Assembly (NCBI GenBank): GCA_964019425.1
Contig: OZ025799.1
Location: 248,001 to 312,000 of the forward strand
DNA: 64,000 bases
Direction: 5' to 3'
Origin: Flectonema sp. DT1601
Taxonomy: Eukaryota
In this document: positions 21,701 to 33,877 of the stretch, piece by piece
How the letters are laid out: each line of letters begins with the position of its first letter
Position numbering within the stretch: the stretch's first letter is position 1
Made by a program: the position numbers and the translations under genes
The notes under the pieces: model-generated
What the model was told of the DNA's origin: nothing
Databases searched by the model: none
What the model saw: only the letters and a program-made list of their open reading frames with translations

Positions 21701-23195
21701 CAGATAAAGAAGTAGTAGTGGAGCGTCTTTTATGATGTTTTCGTTCAGCATCGTTGAGAATTTGTTGCTGACGTGCGACGTTAGAGCGAAGAGTTCTGAG
21801 CTCGTCATCCATTCGTTTTTTATCTTCTTCAAAGTTCTTTTGAAAATTTGTTTTTTCTCGTGCAGTTCTTCCATCGAGTTGGTTTAACTCCGATTGTCGT
21901 TGTTGGAGTCTATCTTCAATGGCTTGTTGTTGACTTTCGAGGTCAGAAATTGTATTTCTGATTTCCTTTTTATGTCTACTCGCCGCACTGTCATCTTCTG
22001 GAGTTGGGTCGTCGATATTCTTAATAACATCCATCTGAAGAAATTGAGAATCTTCTTGTTTGCTACTGTTTGAAAATTGTTTTGGTTCATCAACAGAACG
22101 TTGAGATAATTTTCCTTCCAATTCAGAGATGTGAGCCCTCATAAGTTCAATCATGCGTTCCATTTCCTCAAGTCGTTTATAATCAATCGGGTTTTTAACA
22201 GGTTTTAACACTACTTTTAATGCTCTCTTACCGAATTCAACTGTTGAACAGCCCTCATTACGATACAATACCGATGCCGACAAACAAAGTATAAAATGTA
22301 TTAAATTATTTCCTCCTAACGATGATTGTAGTAAGTAGGTAAGTTTCGAATCTTTGTAGGGAATGTGAACCTTTTTGTGAGAGTCACGAGCTTGGTTTAC
22401 CAGAGCTTTCACTACATTTGACAACGCAGAGAGAGATTTGTTTATTGCGATTGCTTCTTTAAGTGTTTCTCCAGATGCTCCAGATAAAGCAACTTTTTCA
22501 CTTCCAGCTAAATCAATTAGATTGAGCTTAGCATTCGATCCAGGAGCTACAGTCTCATCCCATTCCAAATGAAACTGTAAAAGCGCGTGACTGCGACTTG
22601 ATAACTGATTCATATCAGTTGCTTGTGTTGATCTATTTTTTGTCGCTTCTGCATAAACTTGAATAGCGTGTTTAGTGCTTTCTATTTCTTTCCAAGTCGC
22701 TCCCTGCGCAATATAATGACCTGATCTGTCTAGTTTAATATCAAGTAACTTTTTATTATGTAAAAGGTCTTGGATTTGATCTTGGTATATCTGAACGTAG
22801 CTCACTTTGATTGATGTTTTTGTCATGTCTTCACGTGCTTCGAATTGACGGAAAATTTCACCAATTAGACGGGGTATTAACCCTGGTGATGAGTCACTGC
22901 CTTCCATGGTGTGAGTCTTTCCACTTCCAGTCTGACCGTAAGCAAATACGGTAGCATTGTATCCCGTAAATAACGACGAAATAACTTCATTATTCAACAG
23001 TGAATAAACTTCTTCCTGAGTAGTAGTCGGTCCGAGAACAGAATCAAATTTACTTCTCACGCATTCGCTGTTTTCTTTTTTATATTCAAGTGCGTTTGAT
23101 CCATTTGCGTAGAAACATTCTTTTTGACCGTCAACACCCTTTTCTTTATCATTTAAAGGACGGATTCTGCAGTACACACGAGGACGGGAGCTCAT
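18735..23195 (-). CDS. Kinesin motor with coiled coil, armadillo-like repeats and calpain domain III-like modules, 1486 aa
   Basis: RVYCRIRP, P-loop AYGQTGSGKT, switch I SSRSH, switch II LIDLAGSE, HIPYKDSKLT; helical repeats such as QVQESACSALAEIA; WGTFTAGG..TFIDNPQF calpain-III signature. Confidence 0.92.
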   Translation of the reverse strand: MSSRPRVYCRIRPLNDKEKGVDGQKECFYANGSNALEYKKENSECVRSKFDSVLGPTTTQEEVYSLLNNEVISSLFTGYNATVFAYGQTGSGKTHTMEGSDSSPGLIPRLIGEIFRQFEAREDMTKTSIKVSYVQIYQDQIQDLLHNKKLLDIKLDRSGHYIAQGATWKEIESTKHAIQVYAEATKNRSTQATDMNQLSSRSHALLQFHLEWDETVAPGSNAKLNLIDLAGSEKVALSGASGETLKEAIAINKSLSALSNVVKALVNQARDSHKKVHIPYKDSKLTYLLQSSLGGNNLIHFILCLSASVLYRNEGCSTVEFGKRALKVVLKPVKNPIDYKRLEEMERMIELMRAHISELEGKLSQRSVDEPKQFSNSSKQEDSQFLQMDVIKNIDDPTPEDDSAASRHKKEIRNTISDLESQQQAIEDRLQQRQSELNQLDGRTAREKTNFQKNFEEDKKRMDDELRTLRSNVARQQQILNDAERKHHKRRSTTTSLSDERRLSKKTSAILQKTNQELSRIYKMLPESLHELTSHCILFPDSKSKFRELGGLKKLLCLIDCKANKGRESYIAHAAYALSIAVDEKGRDEARELDGIPIVSEVLKRSDEHSKQFACRALESLVRGCSSNKQCVSDDVLYQLGDMVGTHPHQQVQESACSALAEIADGQPQIKDKLLKRGLLNKMINLIRDTPPEVADLIKVGVTVIGRLAQQHTSCQAEIAKLDGIQILVKTLFSPVGERDPQLPVLTAYALVNVCCNNKNNMTVLQKHPNYSDINFKLLEGLGRVFSDSITSENRSSSTASHTIRDNNNNVLFSYFGVTYKSEWGTFTAGGRPTYSTFIDNPQFMLQVPKDCNISIVLSDTSCDNGAAAGHQGVVSQSFKRLKRKTIYMGIAVFKGDKNLLVDKCLKQLDFNGRFITSGRYNRNRENTLSLTLKGSPDPYIIIPFTAHAKQHTNYVLGVFADEQIEVTHVPEEGGWIRRIFEGFWSKMTGRGVDNFDWRNSDQYRITVSEPTLVTVILSYKRIDDFRVKQSLAADDEEIPEDDVTNEEAKERPHLHGRIFNAMFAPQKRYIRSNVPSPQNVSFVACNEYLSSCTVKTHATLQPGIPYVYVPFTENPIEDEYRLAFYSDQADIDITPLEPRSEWYAFQYSGAWDSSYDSTPAKSPMILITGSGKVTILGYSKDVYLLLSVYEIIDDNWKKTDKKISEHVKTKKVAACDAFWANECVLETTLQATKNSYWVTLQGITTKDGEQLPATNGEFHLAVYADDIGVKCTSPHKFAKPPLTDRLNADPNLVGYGVERVGDSMSLCSDSENSSLAGDDSDCEIGTDTNKNNNLKEELESTKKALLEADNSRDLERKSFQAQLEQKQEQIDQIKKKSSTPVNGPQPPRRGSSIRKPVNITKQASVRGNGSNAVKTLRSSSSCSVATVSESDLNAVSAASDNVVRRITTFSHLERIPSLAEFKKIQEELMIAANKLASITKRTTAP

Positions 23196-26100
23196 TTTTT
23201 AGATATACTCCTCCTGTGTACTGGCAAGAATAAAAATAACTCTTTAATGAAAATATAAATTCTCGAATCCATAAAACGATATCAGTTAGTCAATAGGTAA
23301 CCTTAATCCAATGCTTCTGTGTCTGGAAAAAAAAGGGGAGGAGGGGGTGAAAAAAAAAAAAGAATATAAAAAAACAACAGTTAAGGTGATGCATTACAAT
23401 AGCTCAACCACTCAGTGCTTTACCGCAACATAATTCTTTTTGAGGGAAAAATAAAAAAAGATGAAGAGACAACAAAAGAAAAAAAAAAGGGGGGAAAAGA
23501 CAGATTGATAAAACCGCAGCTGAAGGTACAAAAATCGACCAAACAATTGACATAATCAGTCACCTGTTGCTGCTGTAAGGGTTTCTTCTTTATATTTATT
23601 TTTACCGGGAAGAAAACACATGCTAATACATTTCTTTCACTTCTTTTTTTCAAATTTTGTGATAAAGGCAATTCTATGCTGAACGCGGGTAATACCGTTG
23701 CATAATTTTTTTTTATTTTCTCGTTTTTTTACATTTCATTTTTTTTGCTACTAGCTTTTTTTAATTTTTCTACGCACAAACACGCCACGTTGAAAAATAA
23801 CACGGGTCACGCGCAGGACTTGTATTGTACCTATTAGTTTATAATGACTAGTATAACATCCTTAAGGTGATGTCATTTTCATTTAGTAGCTTCCTCTTTA
23901 GCTGTAGTGATACAAAACCGGACCTACTCGGTATTATTCAGAACGAAAAAAAAAAATAAAAAAAAATAATAATAATAATAAAAACAGTATTAATCGGGCA
24001 GAGTGTCAGATTATCTGGATACGCTTGACGACAATATAGAAAACGAAAAAAAAAAAATTAACATTTTACCGAACAAAAGTAGTCGGGAAGCCCCCCCCTA
24101 GAAAAGCAGATTGGCTTTATTAAACCCAAATAGCAGGCGGGTCACTCATGCTAAAAGTCAAAAAAAAGAAATAAAATAACAGAATCAGCTACTTTCCAAC
24201 AACAAAAAAAGAACAACGCTTGTAAGTTTTCATTTTTTGCGCAAAAAAAAGAAAAGAAAAAAACGTTGCTGCTTGATGCGAAGTAAAGTAATAAATACGC
24301 TGCCACGATGCTAATCATGGTTTGTAATAGCGGGAGTTATCACAAATAAATAAATAATAATAAATTGTAGGACATCACGCCGCGATGCGTTAGTTAGAAT
24401 TAGAGCTTTCTAGTCAGTTATTTAATTCAACGTTGGTTGTATATTTATGGGGGTACTAGGTAACTACAGATTCGCTACTTCAACTTTAGGAACAGCGAAG
24501 AAAAATAAGAATTACTTTCACAGTCTTAACAACGTAAATAAAAGAATGGGAGGGGAAGAAGAAAAAAAGAAAAACTCAAGCGGCTTTGCTATTCACAAAT
24601 TAGAAGCAGCAGCAAAAGGGAAAACATTATTTCAGTGAAGGCAGGGTCGATATTTTCCGACACCTAGGACACATTCGATTCCAAGAAGGAATGTTCCCGA
24701 AGCTTGTCACACGGCATAGCGTCAATCCTACTCACAGTGTAACAATAATCAAGTACAACGATAACTCGCTAAACAATAGAAAAAAACGAACCTTGAAGCG
24801 AGTTGGGTAACGAACACATGTTAGTGCATGGACAACCTGTGAATGTCCTCGGAGGCTGACACCTAAATTTAGTATCAGAATCGCTAAAAAAGTTTAAAAC
24901 TTCCTCACAGGGTATGTAGTCTCAAGCAAATTAACTGAGTTCAGTGAAACACCAGAACGCCACAGCAGTCACTAACGAGCAGTAACCTCCGCAGCAATGT
25001 TCTGAATGAAAACGTTTTGGATTGGCTTGACACCTGGGTTTGGCGTCAAATGCAATAGAAAAAAAAAGAATAAATATTTTACAGCTTACTGTCCAACAGA
25101 TAAATAGAGTTCAGCAGATGTCCTAACTACTTAAGTTACTCTATGACTCAGAAAAGCTTACGGAGAACTATTAACAGCAAAAAAGCACTGTAACATTCCA
25201 CACAAAAAAAAAACCAAAAAAAAAAAAAACGGAGGAAAAAAAAGATTTCGAGTATTTTATTTTTTTGGGGGGGTGGCAGAGGGAAGAATCTTATAGTACT
25301 ACCAAGCAGTCGTGTAATAAAACACAATCCGCCAGTGTACCAAAAAATACTACGAAACTACTACACACAAGTACTATAAAGACAGCAATGAACGAATTCA
25401 TAACAAAATGTGCGTAGTGATTTGTAAGAAAAAAACGCTAAGAAGAAGAAGAAGAAGAAGAAACTAAAACTGATGGGTGGCCAACAAGAATTCCGAGATT
25501 ATTCTTTGTTTTTTTGATTTTTTTTTTTTTTTGATTTTTTCTTGCGAAAAGGTATCCTTCGCCTTAAGGGAGGACTTTAGTGTTTGGGGGACGAAAAAAC
25601 GAAAGAAACATCAAAAGAAAAAAAACACTTAATAAAAAAAAAACTAGAAGCAACGTTAGTATTTCACAGTTAACTTAGATTTCTGCATAGTACCCTGTGA
25701 GACTTTCTATTACCGAAACCCCTTCTTTTCTGGTTACACTACAAGGAACAACTGTGCTTCTTCGATTTTTTAAACCAAAGGCACAAGCTGAATTCAACTA
25801 TGTCAGACAAAGGTTTTCAAAAGGATAGTATCCAAGAAACATTTACTGTCGAGGTTTAAAAAATTAAATTGAGAATTGATCATAATTCTCAGTCTCACGT
25901 TACAATATAAAAATATTTTTATTATTTTTTTTTTTCCCGGTTTTTTAACAAACATCCACAGCAGCTTCGCTAAGCAGCTTCCCTGCTGACTACTAGCGAT
26001 AGCATTTGTTGGCGTTTGATTTAGTTTTTGTATTGATTGCTTGTTTGTAGCAAGTCAAGAATTTAGATGAGTTGGCTAAGCCTCCCCAGGTGTTGCCGTA

Positions 26101-29100
26101 AATTAATAATAAACTCCTTAGAACCTTAACAGTAAATTAGAAAAGCAAAGCAAAAGGAAAAAAAATGAAACAAAACTCGAAAACCAGTAAGAAGCAGCTA
26201 CTGGAAAACCATATGAGTTTTTCATAGACTATAGAATACTCACCAGAAAACAACGAAAGCGCGGATGCCGCTAGATGCCTAATCTGGTTGCTCAGAACAA
26301 TCAACAACAGGAACAGAGGACGATGGTGTCTTTTGTCTTTTTTTATTTTTCCCAAAGGATTTAGCTAGCCACTTAATGCTGTACTCGCCTTCATTGATGA
26401 TAGACAGAAGGTGCATAAGATCCCCAACAGAAACAAAAAAAGGACAACAATACAATTATCACATCAATAATAAAACTTGGTACAAAAGGCTATGCGACTA
26501 TCTGTATTCCAAAAGGACGGCTGTGGGTTTTTAAAAAAAAAAAAAAAAAAAAGTCAATATCCGTCAGAGATGAAATTATTTAGTTTTCTCACGTCTCACA
26601 AACAGAGATAATAGAGTCAAAATAGTAGTGGGAAAGATACCAAAAAATAGATGTCAGTTAGTCAAAAGCAACAGAAGACCTAATCTACAACGCTCGTAGC
26701 ATTCAAATAGCGGGTATGAGTAATTAAGTGGCGAATGATCTACACAATTACAAGACCGAGATCGTTCTGCATTATTGAATCAAACCATCAAACAGTCTTT
26801 ACATAAATCAGCAGAACGATTTCCCAAAAAACAAGGGGTTTCAGAGAAATGATATTATTATAAAAAAAAATAGAGGATTTAGAAAATTAATTTTTATGGT
26901 GCAAAAAATAACTTCAGTAGTGACACGTCCAGCAGCAAGCATGCGTGCAGATACGAACAGATAGGGCTCCTTCTGCGCAGTCTGACGCTGGGCTTGATTC
27001 CATTCATATAGGCAGTTTTTGAATCCTACTAAACAGGCTGTCACTGTAGAAGGGTCGGCTATGAAAAGAAAATATTATAGGTATAAAAAAAAAAAACAGA
27101 TTATCAGAATATTAAATAAAGACAAGCGCGTGAATCTTATATTCTCGACTTTTTTATCCTTTCCCAAACAGGTGAATGATCACGGGCTGCTGATATTTTT
27201 TACGTCAATCGATCGCAGTGTACCCAGTCGGTATGTTTTGACTGTGAGACACACTAATCGTTCTCTTGTTATCTGACAGCACGCTGTTTAGGTCCGTTTA
27301 AAAGCGAAACATGGAAAAAGTTAATAATCCGCAACACCAAACTAGTCCAATAAAGAAAAAATAGGAAAGATGGGGGCTACGCAAGACAACCCGTAACCAC
27401 TGTACAAGATTTCAGAAAGAAAAAAGAATCAGTCACTAAACCCAACTCTAGTGGTCGGGTTATAGTGTAACATCTTTCTGACTGCATCCTTGCTGGGTTT
27501 GTGAAGAAAATAATTTTTTTCTAAAGGTCTCGCCAGCTTCCCCAGTTCTTTTTGATCGATCCAAAAAGCGTCAGTCATTAATCACTTAGATTCTAGAAGA
27601 CGTTGACTTGACTCACCTACAGTTGGAATGAGTAGTCATTTTAAAATAAACAGAAATAATACTCCCGAGATACGAGATAGGCTAGCATAGTTGAGAAAAT
27701 CATATTAGAGATTACTAAAATAATTCATCAGGTTTTTGAAGATCAACTTTTTCCACAAAACCAGTCTACAATCATAAAAAAAAATATATAAATAATCAGC
27801 AATCATCACGACTGTAGCTCCCATCACAGTGGATGCGAAGGCTACGCGTCATTTTCATTGTCTAAGATAACATTAAGCACTCTGGCTACAAAAGAAAGTA
27901 GGAAGGGTACGATCTACCCTCTATTTAGAAGTAAAAACGTGAATTCTCACAAGAAGGTATCGCATCCATAAGGGCGCAATAGGCATATTTTTGATAGAGA
28001 GAAATCGAAAAAAAAATACCTGCTTGAATAGAAGGAAACCTTCCAGATTTCACCACGGTCATTTTAGTACCAAGCTTAAAAAGTGTTTGGGAGCGGTTCG
28101 TTTGTGTGTTTCGACAACCAGAAGTCAAAAGCCACACTAAAAGAATGCAAGAATGGAAAGAAATGGGAAGCTGAAATTAAATTAAATTCAACTAAAGGGG
28201 TACTAGCTAGGAAAAGACACAGCAACATGCAAGACACCCCCACAACTGTTCGTTATAATGTGTCAAGAATATAGCAACGTACTTGTCCAAGCAGCAGCTG
28301 ACTAACCAAATACATGTCACTACTGGAACGCAGGAAATTATACTCTGCTCACAGAGATCAAAAAAACTTAAAAAAATGGAGAAAGGAAAGGAAAGGAAAT
28401 TAGTTTGCGAAATTGCTACATTTCACACGTCGTTTATTATCATCAGAAGTAATTAAAGAAAACAAACCGCGATGAGTGTAAACCGCTTCCAAGAGGACTT
28501 CAAACTACTCAGTGCCAACCTTCTCTTGATATTTCTTATGGTCATGACTTATCTCCCGTGCGACAGGATTCTGTATGCGTTCAACGAAATATAAGGCTAA
28601 TCTAAATGGGATTTTTTTTTTTTTTTTTTTTGGGACTATGTTTTGAAAGGGAAAATTCGCCTGAGAGAGAGAAAATGAAGAAAGAAAAAAAAAAAAACAT
28701 AACAGGAAAGTGGATCAGCACTTTCTTATTATTATTCTTAATTCCTCAACGAATGACAGATAACAATTGCTTTCAGAATTCAGTGTCAGCAGGGTAGTAG
28801 TCACACACATCCCCGTTGGTCCACGTGGGTAACAGCAGAAGATGGCTGAAATACAATTAGTTCGGGGAGAGGAGGCTCGACGATAAAGTAGGATAGAATC
28901 TTTATTTCTAATTACGTAACATTTTACTCATTAGTGGACAGACGAAAAAATTTTGTCTAGACGGAATTCATGCGTGTTAAGCAAGTCCGGAACATGTAAT
29001 GCCGAAGAGTTTAAAGTAACAGCATGCGGTAGTGCCAGCCGTGATGAAAACAAAGACGAGTGAACGGCACGCGGAAGATATCAACAACTGAAAAATTTTC

Positions 29101-30163
29101 AAAAGAATAAAATAAACAGATGGGAACCAACAATAATGATATTTTTTTTTTTTTTTTTTTTTAAATAAAAAAAACCTATTCGTAAAACCAATCAAACAAA
29201 CTAAACAATAATAATAAGTGATTGATTGATAAGAAACAAATAATAACTCACTAATCAAGAACGAAACAGACTGCTCCAAACAATTGAAAAGAAATAACTT
29301 TAAGATGGTTTTTTTTTATTGCATTGAACTTTAAGATTAAAAAACTTTTTTTAATTTTGTTTACTAAATTCTTTTCAAATCTTTTTGTACTACTCACACA
29401 AATAGGATTAGACGCTAAATGCCAAAATCATCTGTAAAATTATAATCAACATTGATGTGGAGAGAGCAATAAAACTATGAAAAAATAAAAAAAAATAGAC
29501 TTTCTCACTCAAAGGCAGAACACAATTAAAACACGCAGAACATAGTTCACGGTTAGTTCGCTTACTTTACTTGTGACAAAACTGTTTTTTTTTTTGTTTT
29601 TTTATTAAATATTTATCTTATTTATTTTATTTTATTTTATTTCACTTTTTTTTTTAATATTTTTTTTTTTTTTTTGCGTAGTAACTACCAGTTTGATAAA
29701 AAGAATAACAGCATTGCTACTACAAAAATAAAATTAAAGAATAAGGCTACTTCGAAGAAGACTTAGAGCTGAGGGAAAGAAAAGAGATGCCGATTGCAAA
29801 AGAGGCGAGGAAGCGAGTTCGAAAGTGAAAACTGTGCCGCATGAAGACTACATTCTACACTGACACTGCTGAAAGAAGGTCGATTGGTTTTATAACAAAA
29901 AAAAAACAAAAAAAACCACGAGAAAGAAACCTAAACGCCTCAACAGCAAGGGCGGAAAGTAGGAGAGAAATAAAAAAATGATGTAGTAAGCCCTTCAGTC
30001 ACCAGTAGGCAGCGCTGCTAGAATCAGCAGAATTGCGACAGAGAACAGAAACAGGATAAGTTCTTAACTAAAATACGATTATCAAGTATGGAAATGAAGA
30101 CCAACTTAATTAAAAAAAAGCCATCCATTTTAGAACATGTTTGGTTAAACGTTACACAAGTCC

Positions 30164-30207
<44 letters not shown>

Positions 30208-31180
30208 GAGAGAGAAATTCAAAATAGAAAAAAACTCTTCAGCTTTGCCGAGTAATTCGTTATTTCAACAGAGGAAAACGTTTATCCTTATTGCTGATGA
30301 TGACCCACTAATTTGTACTGTGGGGGAAAAAAAAAAAAGCTTAGATATAGATAAGCTTACCCAGGTTGCACTAAAAGCCTCCTTTACTTCACCCACAAAC
30401 TGTCAAAAAGACAGAAATCGCGCAATCCACTAGCGCATTGATTTCGGTGGCTAGAGAGCTTTTTCGGACTACCCTCTATGAATCCAAAAAAATGAAAAAA
30501 AAAAAAAAAAAAAAGGAGGAAAAAAAAAACGGCGCGCGAAACCGTACCAAATGCATCACAGCAACAATCTTTATAAACGTTAACGTGAAGTAATTGTTAA
30601 TCGACATGCAAATAGAAGCCGGACATACATAGCAGATCATCGATACGATTTCGCTTTACAATGAATACGAAAATACGATTGGTTAAACCTTTTTCTCAAG
30701 ACAGTGAAAAAAAAAAAAACAACAACAAGTACACTAAATGATGTAAAATGACAAACAAAAATTAGTGGTCAAACATCGCGTGCTAACACTCTTTTTTTTG
30801 CCTTAACACAAAAAGATACAAACGAAATAGAAGGTTGCACAAACCACATAAACGATAGGATTATTTATTTTGAACCATCAGAGTATTTTTTAGGGGGAGA
30901 AAAGAAAAAAAAAGAACAAAATGAGATTGAAGATTATAGCAATACCAATCAGGCTCAGACATGACTGCAAAACCGCCTTTTTTTCAGCAATAAAACAGTT
31001 GCGGGATGTAAAAACACACAAATCTATTGGGGTGGAGGGAACGGGGAAAAAGAAACGTGGTTTTTAGCCTAATTATTTTGGCATCCCAATGTGCAAAAAA
31101 CTAATTTCTTTTTTGTTTTTTTTTAAAAAAAATAAACAAAAAAAAAAAAAACTAAGTATTGCTTAATTTTTTAAAAGAGT

Positions 31181-31215
<35 letters not shown>

Positions 31216-33877
31216 GGAAGTCCAATACATTGCGTACTGTGCATCGCTGATACAGCGAACTAGGGAGCATCGGGTTAACTCCCTAGAGCTACGAGGCAAC
31301 AGCAACGTAATTAGACCCAATCTTATTAGGATTGTTTTATTATAGCTTCGGCTGACGGGGCATAATGAACACAGTATGCCTATTGTCAGCTTTCCACCTT
31401 GTCCGATTGTTGTCAGGAAGTGATATGAGGATAACTAAAGAGAAAAGAAAACAAATAAATGAATATATAAAATTAAAAAGAAAATAAAATAAAATATATA
31501 AAAACAAAGACTCTGGGGGCGGGGCGTTTAGATTCTGTAAGGGATAGAATTTTTCTTTATTTTATTTTTTTTGATAATGTTGTATATAACTAAAGGAGAG
31601 TTATCGAACTTGTCTGTTAAACCACGCCGCATCGATACGGCTGTATTGGGAGTCCTGGATTTTGTCGAGGAGCTTTTTCATGCTTGTATCGTTGTTAAGA
31701 TAGTCAGGATAGCAGTACATCCATACCCAATCAAGATTGGTATGTATTTCCTCTATGTCGGTGAGAGTGTAGGCTTCTTTAATGTACGCAACGACTGTTT
31801 TTCGTGTTGCTGTGTTGAAGGTCGGAAAGCTAGTCCACTTATACAAATGTTCCATAAGGTGCTGTTGAGGTATTGCCTGCCATAATGGGAGTTCATGTAA
31901 TTTCATTATCAACTTCATAAGCTCTGGTTGGTGTTCTGTCGAGAAGAATTTGTGGAGGTTTTGACCGACATCCATTTCTCCTTGTTCAAGAGTTGCTGTT
32001 GGTGGGAAGTATTGTTGCACAATTGGGCGTAATGCGAGACAATTGAATAATAAGTGATGCGTGCTTGTTAACGGCTCGTTACAGAAGTTGCAATTCGTGA
32101 GACCCTGAGAGGGGATCTTGATCAAATGGTGGTGACCCGTGCGGAGGCGTGAAATGTGTACTTCATCAGACCGCTTCAGGTTTGGATGGAAGCGTTGAAT
32201 TCTTCCCCCGAGGGTTGACCAATAGTGAACGTGGTTAGAGTCTCTTTCCCTTAACCATATCTTGTTAACTTGATTCGTGATAGAGCACTGAACCATTCGG
32301 TAGTCGAAAGCTACCTCTGTAATTTGGAGAGTATCAGAAGACGCTGCTTTACTTGCTTGCGAATCGGCCAGCTCGTTACCAATTATTCCACAATGGGAGG
32401 GCACAAATTGGAAGGTGATCGGGCGACGGAGCAGCATTATGCGTTTTAAAATTTCCATGTTCGTGGTGGATCTCTGGCGGAGATATCCCTTTGCCAGGCT
32501 GCTTACCGAGGACTGACTGTCGGTGATGATATGGACTCTCCCTCTGGGGAGCCAGGAGGAGTGTTCTTCCAACAGTTCAACTGCTGATAGGAGAGCTTGT
32601 TGCTCCGCATTGTATATCATCAGTGCAGGTGTATAGCGCTTCCTCTTAGAGAAGCATTTGTTTCCTATGATCAGACAGGCTGCATTGCCACATCGATAAT
32701 TCTGTTCTTTGTCTTGGAAATAGGACGCGTCAGTGTATAGTCGGGCGATTGCCGGCGGGAGATTCTTCATTGTTGACAGAGCAGCTTCTAAGTTCTGAAC
32801 AGGTTCCAAGGATTTACGGAACTCTCTCCAGGGGTTAAAAGTTACATCTGGCGGAGGCTCCCATGGTGCTTGGTGATGCGGAAGGCAGTGGTATGAACGC
32901 AACGATGGAGTAGGATATCTGTTGGAGTGGATGGAAGCAAATGTTTTCCACATGCTCGATGTTTTCTCAGGGTCTAAGATGGACCACGAGGGGCTGTTCT
33001 TGTTATTACGCAAGAATCGTTCATTCATCAACGCAGTAGATTTCGAAAGGTGTAGTTTGAATGGTAATATGCCGGATTCTACTGAAAGGGCCGGTGTAGC
33101 TGTTGAGTTAAGGCAGCCGGTAAGTTTCCGTTGGAGAACACGTTGTGTCAGGTCAATCTCCTCCTGCGCCTTTTTGGAGAGGAGGGGAGCAAATGCTGCT
33201 AGACCATAATATGCTCTAGAGAGGATTAGACCGAAAATGACTTGTCGTAGCACCTCAGTCTTTACTTGGTACGATGAGACCATCGATAGGAGAGCAATCC
33301 CACGTTTCAGAGTGTTCAGGATTTTTGTTTTCTGTGATTCAAAGGTAAGATTATCATCAATTATAACACCCAGGTACCGAGTTTGTTTCACCTGACGAAG
33401 TGGGATGGCGGCTGTCAAAGAAAATTCACCCTTCGGAATGGTGTTTATGAATTGCGATCGATTGTTCACGCTACGTCCATTTATACCTAAGGGAAAGATG
33501 GGACCGTTTTCAAAGTTAAGTAAAGCAGCAGCCCCATCATCTATATGATCATAAAAGAATTGATAAGACCCACGTGGAATTGGGACATCATCAACTGTCG
33601 AGGGGAAATAAAGACGCGGACGCCGACAGATGCGTTTGTCTTCCGTAAAACGTTTGCCTATGGACATGTATTCTGTTTTTGAATGGGATAATGACATTCT
33701 GGAGTTATCCAGCCAGCATTCTACTTGACCTATTGCTTTGTTGGCTCTCGCTTCCAAATCGTCGATTGTCGAGCTACTTACATATACCGCAAGATCATCG
33801 GCGTATAGTAGTGAGGTGTCAGATACCGTAATGGACTCTGGTAAGGAGTCAACGTACATTCGAAAAAGTAATGGGCC
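31181..33877 (-). mobile_element. 5'-truncated non-LTR retrotransposon (RNase H-containing, Ingi/I-group-like) with a (TCTA)n tail
   Basis: Starts abruptly inside the RT at GPLLFRMYVD; ORF runs to 31601, followed by a ~390-nt 3'UTR and ~8.5 TAGA units at 31181-31214. A second copy of the 3' end lies at 12341. Confidence 0.92.
31601..33877 (-). pseudogene. Truncated LINE polyprotein: RT C-terminal half, RNase H and zinc-knuckle motif
   Basis: YADD, KTEYM and YLGVIID; RNase H residues LYTDAS, NAEQQAL, IITDSQS, FVPSHCGIIGNELAD; RLRTGH..CNFC..HHLLFNC. The endonuclease and N-terminal RT are absent, and the remaining frame is uninterrupted. Confidence 0.9.
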
